Of a DNA stretch of 32,000 nt, positions 27,514 through 32,000 are shown piece after piece. The notes beneath the pieces were generated by a model. It made no database searches. It was given only the letters and a program-made list of their open reading frames with translations, and had not been told where the DNA came from. The DNA is taken from assembly GCA_021498095.1 (NCBI GenBank), contig JAIZWK010000001.1, positions 3,240,001 to 3,272,000 of the forward strand. Direction: 5' to 3'. The position numbers and the translations under genes are program-made. Each line of letters begins with the position of its first letter. Position 1 is the stretch's first letter. Origin of the DNA: Candidatus Harpocratesius repetitus (GTDB taxonomy: Archaea; Asgardarchaeota; Lokiarchaeia; Sigyniarchaeales; Promethearchaeaceae).

Positions 27514-27893
27514 TGATTGGCCCGAAAATGCAATGAATAATATATCCAAATTTGATTATTGATATGAATTGGAATAGTGACTAAGTTCTTTAGCTATTCT
27601 ATATTATTAAGCTTAGTTTAATTTAATTAATAGATAAAAAGGTTGTATGGAAATAGATATTAAAAATCTCGAAAGTTGTTTAAAAATTAGTAGAAATGCT
27701 TTCATCTATTTCATTACTATAGTAAATCAAATAAACAATATTAATAACTAAAAAGTAAAATAATTCAATAAAATATATCAACCAATTTCATCAAATTTTA
27801 AAAAAGTTAAAAAAATAACCAAAAACAGAGAAATAATCCCCATTATCTTAATTCAAGATTAGGGCGATTTTTTACGCTTTTTAGGTAATTATC

Positions 27894-29213
27894 ATGAACT
27901 TCTCAAATATGAATCTTATACCCCAACTTCTTGATGGATTAACATCAATGAATATCGAAACACCAACAGAAATTCAAGCACAAGCTATTCCGAAAATTCT
28001 AGCAGACCCTCGTTCACATGTTATTGCTCAAGCTAAAACAGGATCAGGAAAAACTTTGGCATTTGCTATCCCTATTGTACAGTTATTGGATCGTAAAATA
28101 AAGCAAGTTCAAGCAGTTATAATTGTTCCAACTCGCGAATTATGTGTGCAGGTTAGCCAAGTAATTAACCAATTAAGTAGATATTCTACAATTATTACAG
28201 TTCAAGTTTATGGAGGTGTATCAATTAATCGTCAAATCCAAGAAATCGAAAAAGGTGCACAAATTATTGTAGCGACACCAGGAAGATTAATTGATATTTA
28301 CAATCGAGGTAAACTTTCATTCAAAATGGTAAAGTTTGTTGTTTTGGATGAAGCAGATCGTTGTTTAGACATGGGTTTTATGCCAGATATTGAATATCTA
28401 CTCCTTGAAGCAATGCAAGGAGTGAATCCGCGCCTATTTTTATTTTCAGCAACCCTTTTTCATGCAATTCATCATTTAGTTTCGAAATTTACAAAAAATG
28501 AACATATTACAAAAATAAATGTTTCAGAAGATTCGCTTACAGTTGAAGAATGCGATCAATTCTATTATCTCATACCTGAATTTCGAGATAAATATTATCA
28601 CTTCGTTAGAATTTTCCAAAAAGAGCGCCCAAGACACTCTATTATTTTTGTCAATACAAAAAAAACCGCAGAATGGTTATATAATCGAATTTTGCAGGAA
28701 CGAAAAATAAAGGGTCAATTTGAATTGATTAGCGGCAGTTTAACTCAGTTTAAACGGGAAAAAGTATTGCGACGATTTCGCTCTCATCAAATACAGCACT
28801 TAATCGCTACTGATGTAGCAGCCCGTGGTTTGGATATTAAAGGTATTTCCCATGTATTTAATTATGATATTCCAACTTTTGAAGAAAATTATGTACATCG
28901 TATTGGTAGAACAGCCAGAATTATTGGAAAAGATGGGAATGTAGCCAAAGGAACAGCAATTTCTTTAGTATTACAAGATGAACTTGCTTTACTCTCTCGA
29001 ATTGAAGGATTCATGGAAAAAGATCTGCGCCAGCGACGGCTACCGAGGAGGAATCAAAATAATAGTCAATCACAAAGGTATTTTAGATCTCAAAAATCCA
29101 ATAATTCTCGAAAATATAAAAATCCAAAGCATTTCAATAAAGGAGTGCAATCAAGGAACGAGCAAACACCTAAAGAATCAGAAAAGCACCACAGACGAAA
29201 TTTTCTCTATTAG
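27894..29213 (+). CDS. DEAD-box ATP-dependent RNA helicase
   Basis: Q motif PTEIQ, AKTGSGKT, PTREL, TPGRL, LDEAD, FSAT, ATDVAARGLD and HRIGRTAR; basic C-terminal tail. Confidence 0.96.
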   Translation: MNFSNMNLIPQLLDGLTSMNIETPTEIQAQAIPKILADPRSHVIAQAKTGSGKTLAFAIPIVQLLDRKIKQVQAVIIVPTRELCVQVSQVINQLSRYSTIITVQVYGGVSINRQIQEIEKGAQIIVATPGRLIDIYNRGKLSFKMVKFVVLDEADRCLDMGFMPDIEYLLLEAMQGVNPRLFLFSATLFHAIHHLVSKFTKNEHITKINVSEDSLTVEECDQFYYLIPEFRDKYYHFVRIFQKERPRHSIIFVNTKKTAEWLYNRILQERKIKGQFELISGSLTQFKREKVLRRFRSHQIQHLIATDVAARGLDIKGISHVFNYDIPTFEENYVHRIGRTARIIGKDGNVAKGTAISLVLQDELALLSRIEGFMEKDLRQRRLPRRNQNNSQSQRYFRSQKSNNSRKYKNPKHFNKGVQSRNEQTPKESEKHHRRNFLY

Positions 29214-29278
29214 AATATTATTTATTTATTAAAAATCAATTTCTACGATTTTAAATTTAGATTTTATTAATAATTCAT

Positions 29279-29349
29279 ACGCTTGTATTTTTTTATTTTC
29301 TTTTTATCATTAAATTTCTTTACAAATTCTTTAAATTAATAAGATAAAA
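29279..29349 (+). repeat. 71-bp direct repeat, copy 2 (T-rich, possible terminator region between convergent genes)
   Basis: Identical to 27390-27460; offset 1889 bp. Confidence 0.95.
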
Positions 29350-29424
29350 TATTTGATTACTTTAAAAAGAAAGAGATTCTGCACCTTCACAAATAATGAG
29401 TTGAAAGATAAAGAGTAAATGAAA

Positions 29425-29441
29425 AAAAAAACTCAATGAAG
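29425..29441. repeat. 17-bp inverted repeat arm downstream of moxR (partner 30430-30446)
   Basis: AAAAAAACTCAATGAAG is the reverse complement of CTTCATTGAGTTTTTTT at 30430-30446. Confidence 0.7.
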
Positions 29442-29457
29442 GTGGTGCGGATAATTC

Positions 29458-30435
29458 TTACATAGGAACAACTACTTCACTTAAGATTCGATTGATGACT
29501 GCAGTGGTACTAAGTCCTTCAAGCTCTGCTTCAGCTTTTAAACCAATCCTATGATTTAAGACTGGAACGCAAAGCACCTTAACGTCATCAGGCGTAACGT
29601 AATCACGCCCCAAAACAGCTGCTCTCGCTTTAGCAGCTTTCATTAGCGCCAGACTAGCACGAGGTCCACAACCAACTTCGATCTGTGGATCATTTCTTGT
29701 TTTGAAAACAATATCACGAATATACTCGAGAATTGTATTGTTTACGTAAACAGTGTTAACCAACCGCTGTAATTCAACCAACTCTTCTGCGCTGGTTACT
29801 GGGTCAATAATAATTCGATTTCCTGACAATTGACGAGCCATGATTTCTACTTCATCTTCTTCAGGAGGGTAATCCAGCCACAATTTGAATAAGAATCGAT
29901 CTAATTGTGCTTCTGGCAATGGATATGTTCCTTCTTGCTCGATAGGGTTTTGTGTTGCTACGACCATGAATGGTTTATCCAAATCATAAGTTTTCCCCTC
30001 AATTGTCACTTGACGTTCACCCATAGCTTCTAATAAAGCAGCTTGAGTCTTTGGAGCCGTTCGGTTAATTTCATCAGCGAGAATGATATTACCAAACAAA
30101 GGTCCTTTTCGAATTACGAAATCACCTTTAGATTGATCAAAAACCATACTCCCTGTACAATCACTGGGTAATAAATCTGGAGTAAATTGAATCCGATTGA
30201 ACGAAATCCCCAGTGCTTCTGCAAAAGTTTTGGCAGTGACTGTTTTTGCTAAACCAGGGACACCTTCTAAAAGAACGTGTCCATTAGTTAATAACCCAAT
30301 TAATAACATTTGAAGCACGTCACCCATACCAACAATGACTCTTGCGACTTCACTCATTACTTCTTGGGCAATTTCTCGAACAATGCCAACATCTGCTTCT
30401 TCAAATACTTCTGTCATAATATTTACCTTCTTCAT
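29458..30435 (-). CDS. moxR: MoxR family AAA+ ATPase
   Basis: LLEGVPGLAKT, RIQFTPDLLPSD, LADEINR, ATQNPIEQEGTYPLPEAQLDRF and GPRASLAL. The start may be ATG 30417. Confidence 0.95.
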   Translation of the reverse strand: MKKVNIMTEVFEEADVGIVREIAQEVMSEVARVIVGMGDVLQMLLIGLLTNGHVLLEGVPGLAKTVTAKTFAEALGISFNRIQFTPDLLPSDCTGSMVFDQSKGDFVIRKGPLFGNIILADEINRTAPKTQAALLEAMGERQVTIEGKTYDLDKPFMVVATQNPIEQEGTYPLPEAQLDRFLFKLWLDYPPEEDEVEIMARQLSGNRIIIDPVTSAEELVELQRLVNTVYVNNTILEYIRDIVFKTRNDPQIEVGCGPRASLALMKAAKARAAVLGRDYVTPDDVKVLCVPVLNHRIGLKAEAELEGLSTTAVINRILSEVVVPM

Positions 30436-30446
30436 TGAGTTTTTTT
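30430..30446. repeat. 17-bp inverted repeat arm at the moxR start (partner 29425-29441)
   Basis: CTTCATTGAGTTTTTTT. Confidence 0.7.
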
Positions 30447-30534
30447 ACTTTTTTTGCTTATTACATATTTTTTTTTCATGTATTTCTTGTTTAATTATAA
30501 AAAAAATTAAAATTTTGAATGTTTCGTTAAAATT

Positions 30535-32000
30535 TTACAATTTATTTGCAACCCATGACATTTCCATGAATAGTAATTCAAATTCTCGCTCATCGCGAAC
30601 ATTTTCTTTACCTGCTTTAATTTTAAACATTTTTTCAAAGAACTTTTCAATTCGATTATAAACATCTTTCGAAATGTATTGCCCATGTTCTCTACGAAGA
30701 GCGCGCATTAGTGCATCCAAGCTGCGATCTCCAGATTCACCAAGCAATCGATTAACTTTTCGTTCAACACGACGGAATAATTCTAAAATTGCTTTTCGAT
30801 AACGCTTTTTCTGTCGATACCAATTGATTTTTTGTGCAAAGAAACTTGAAGTGCGAAATCGTAAACGCATTCGGTCACGTTCATAAGCTTCTAAATCTTG
30901 TAATTGCAATTTTTTCTTATTTCCTTCTTTAGGAATCCATTTTCGGAATGTTTGTAATGCAAAAATTGGATAAACAAGAGCTAAAATAGGATTGGTTGAC
31001 ATCCAATTAAGATATGCTTGAACTGCACCAAAGGTTGCAGCAGATGAAAGTTGTGTTCTTCCTACATTCCATTTAGGACTATCAGGCGCAATATGAGCTT
31101 CATCAAATACAACAATAGTATCTGAAGGTGCTCGATCACAAGCTAACCATTCTATGGTCTGAATACCCATTTGTAGATTATCAAATTCTGGAATACTTAC
31201 CATTTGATTATTTAACCATGAAGCATCAGTTGCTACAAATATTCTGCTTGAAAAAGTACCATTTCCATTAATTGTAGAAGAATGATATGCAACTTCTTTA
31301 GAACTAAAGACAGCTTGAGCATACCCACCAAGAGGAATTCCTTGTTGAAGAAAAGTACCCATTAATCCTAACGTTCCAGATTGACCTGACAATAAATTTG
31401 CAACTGAACTAGGAAATGGATAGATATCTTTTGATTGATCATATTTATGATCGCCATCAACATCAATAAAAGAATAATGACCAGATGTCTGTCCAAGAAA
31501 ATTCCATCCGAATCCTGACAAAAACTCTCCACCCAAAAATCCGGTAGCATGATCTAACACAACCTTATTAATTCCCGTAGTAATTTCATGAGCTGAAAAA
31601 TCTTGAATTACAGGAAATTCCGGATTTGCTTTATTCCAGTAAGATGCATTATCTATTAAAACCCCATTAGGGAAAAATGTTAAGGGAGTTGCAGAATCTG
31701 GATTTCGTGTGCTTGCCATAGAAGCGACAAAAGATTCAGTCAATAATGTCCCCGCTGTTCCATGATCATCACAGATCATCATTGAGAAATTTGTTTGGAA
31801 TGCTGACAATAGAAAGGGTATTTCTGAAGCGGGATTATAGAATATATTTGGTCCAGCTACAACTAATATAATTTGTTTATTGCTATCTAGTTGAGAAACT
31901 GTACTTATTGAAGATTGAACTGCACGAACTTCATAACCTCTACTCTCAAGAGTAGTTTTAAAAGAAGACCAACCATTCCAATCTGGATTATAAATAGAAT
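30535..32000 (-). CDS. DUF4350-like membrane-anchored protein of MoxR operons, 5'-partial
   Basis: The frame is open past TTG 31809 to the window end (SIYNPDWNGWSSFKTTLESRGYEV..., typical of the DUF4350 N-terminus). It has VVFDEAH, a TM segment and a basic helical tail, and lies directly upstream of moxR. Confidence 0.7.
   Translation of the reverse strand, partial: SIYNPDWNGWSSFKTTLESRGYEVRAVQSSISTVSQLDSNKQIILVVAGPNIFYNPASEIPFLLSAFQTNFSMMICDDHGTAGTLLTESFVASMASTRNPDSATPLTFFPNGVLIDNASYWNKANPEFPVIQDFSAHEITTGINKVVLDHATGFLGGEFLSGFGWNFLGQTSGHYSFIDVDGDHKYDQSKDIYPFPSSVANLLSGQSGTLGLMGTFLQQGIPLGGYAQAVFSSKEVAYHSSTINGNGTFSSRIFVATDASWLNNQMVSIPEFDNLQMGIQTIEWLACDRAPSDTIVVFDEAHIAPDSPKWNVGRTQLSSAATFGAVQAYLNWMSTNPILALVYPIFALQTFRKWIPKEGNKKKLQLQDLEAYERDRMRLRFRTSSFFAQKINWYRQKKRYRKAILELFRRVERKVNRLLGESGDRSLDALMRALRREHGQYISKDVYNRIEKFFEKMFKIKAGKENVRDEREFELLFMEMSWVANKL

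Noticed and set aside
27390-29349. 71-bp repeats as a DGR template/variable pair
   Set aside because: The copies are identical and non-coding, with no adenine-specific mismatches and no reverse transcriptase.
29381-29448. Hairpin downstream of moxR as a SECIS element
   Set aside because: No convincing kink-turn core and no nearby gene with an in-frame TGA.
2395-31550. Short overlapping ORFs in the six-frame track (e.g. 2395..2664, 2746..3123, 5953..6138, 8656..8943, 13241..13462, 19647..20012, 21761..21976, 26835..27065, 30335..30661, 31368..31550)
   Set aside because: They are antisense or alternate-frame shadows of well-supported genes, with no motifs of their own.

Overview
AT-rich archaeal chromosomal window, most likely from an Asgard archaeon of Lokiarchaeia type. 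This is inferred from the Roadblock protein, the Sec23/24-like Zn-finger-vWA protein, the Cdc6/Orc1 paralog and the LipS1/LipS2-type enzymes; it was not checked against any database. From left to right it holds: a partial dNMP kinase, a catalytically degenerate Cdc6/Orc1 paralog, a Roadblock protein with a long acidic tail carrying five copies of an amphipathic motif, an orphan OppC/DppC permease, a Sec23/24-like Zn-finger-vWA protein, a lipS2-lpl-lipS1 lipoylation cluster followed by an acyl-CoA ligase, an IS4-superfamily transposase broken by one amber codon, Tex, Mut7-C and two DEDD-like exonucleases. At the right, a DUF4350-MoxR-DUF58-membrane protein module is split by about 7.4 kb. That gap holds a GC-richer, decaying island led by a 5'-truncated IS607-type serine recombinase with no tnpB, plus a DEAD-box helicase bracketed by identical 71-bp direct repeats. 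No rRNA, tRNA or CRISPR array was recognised.
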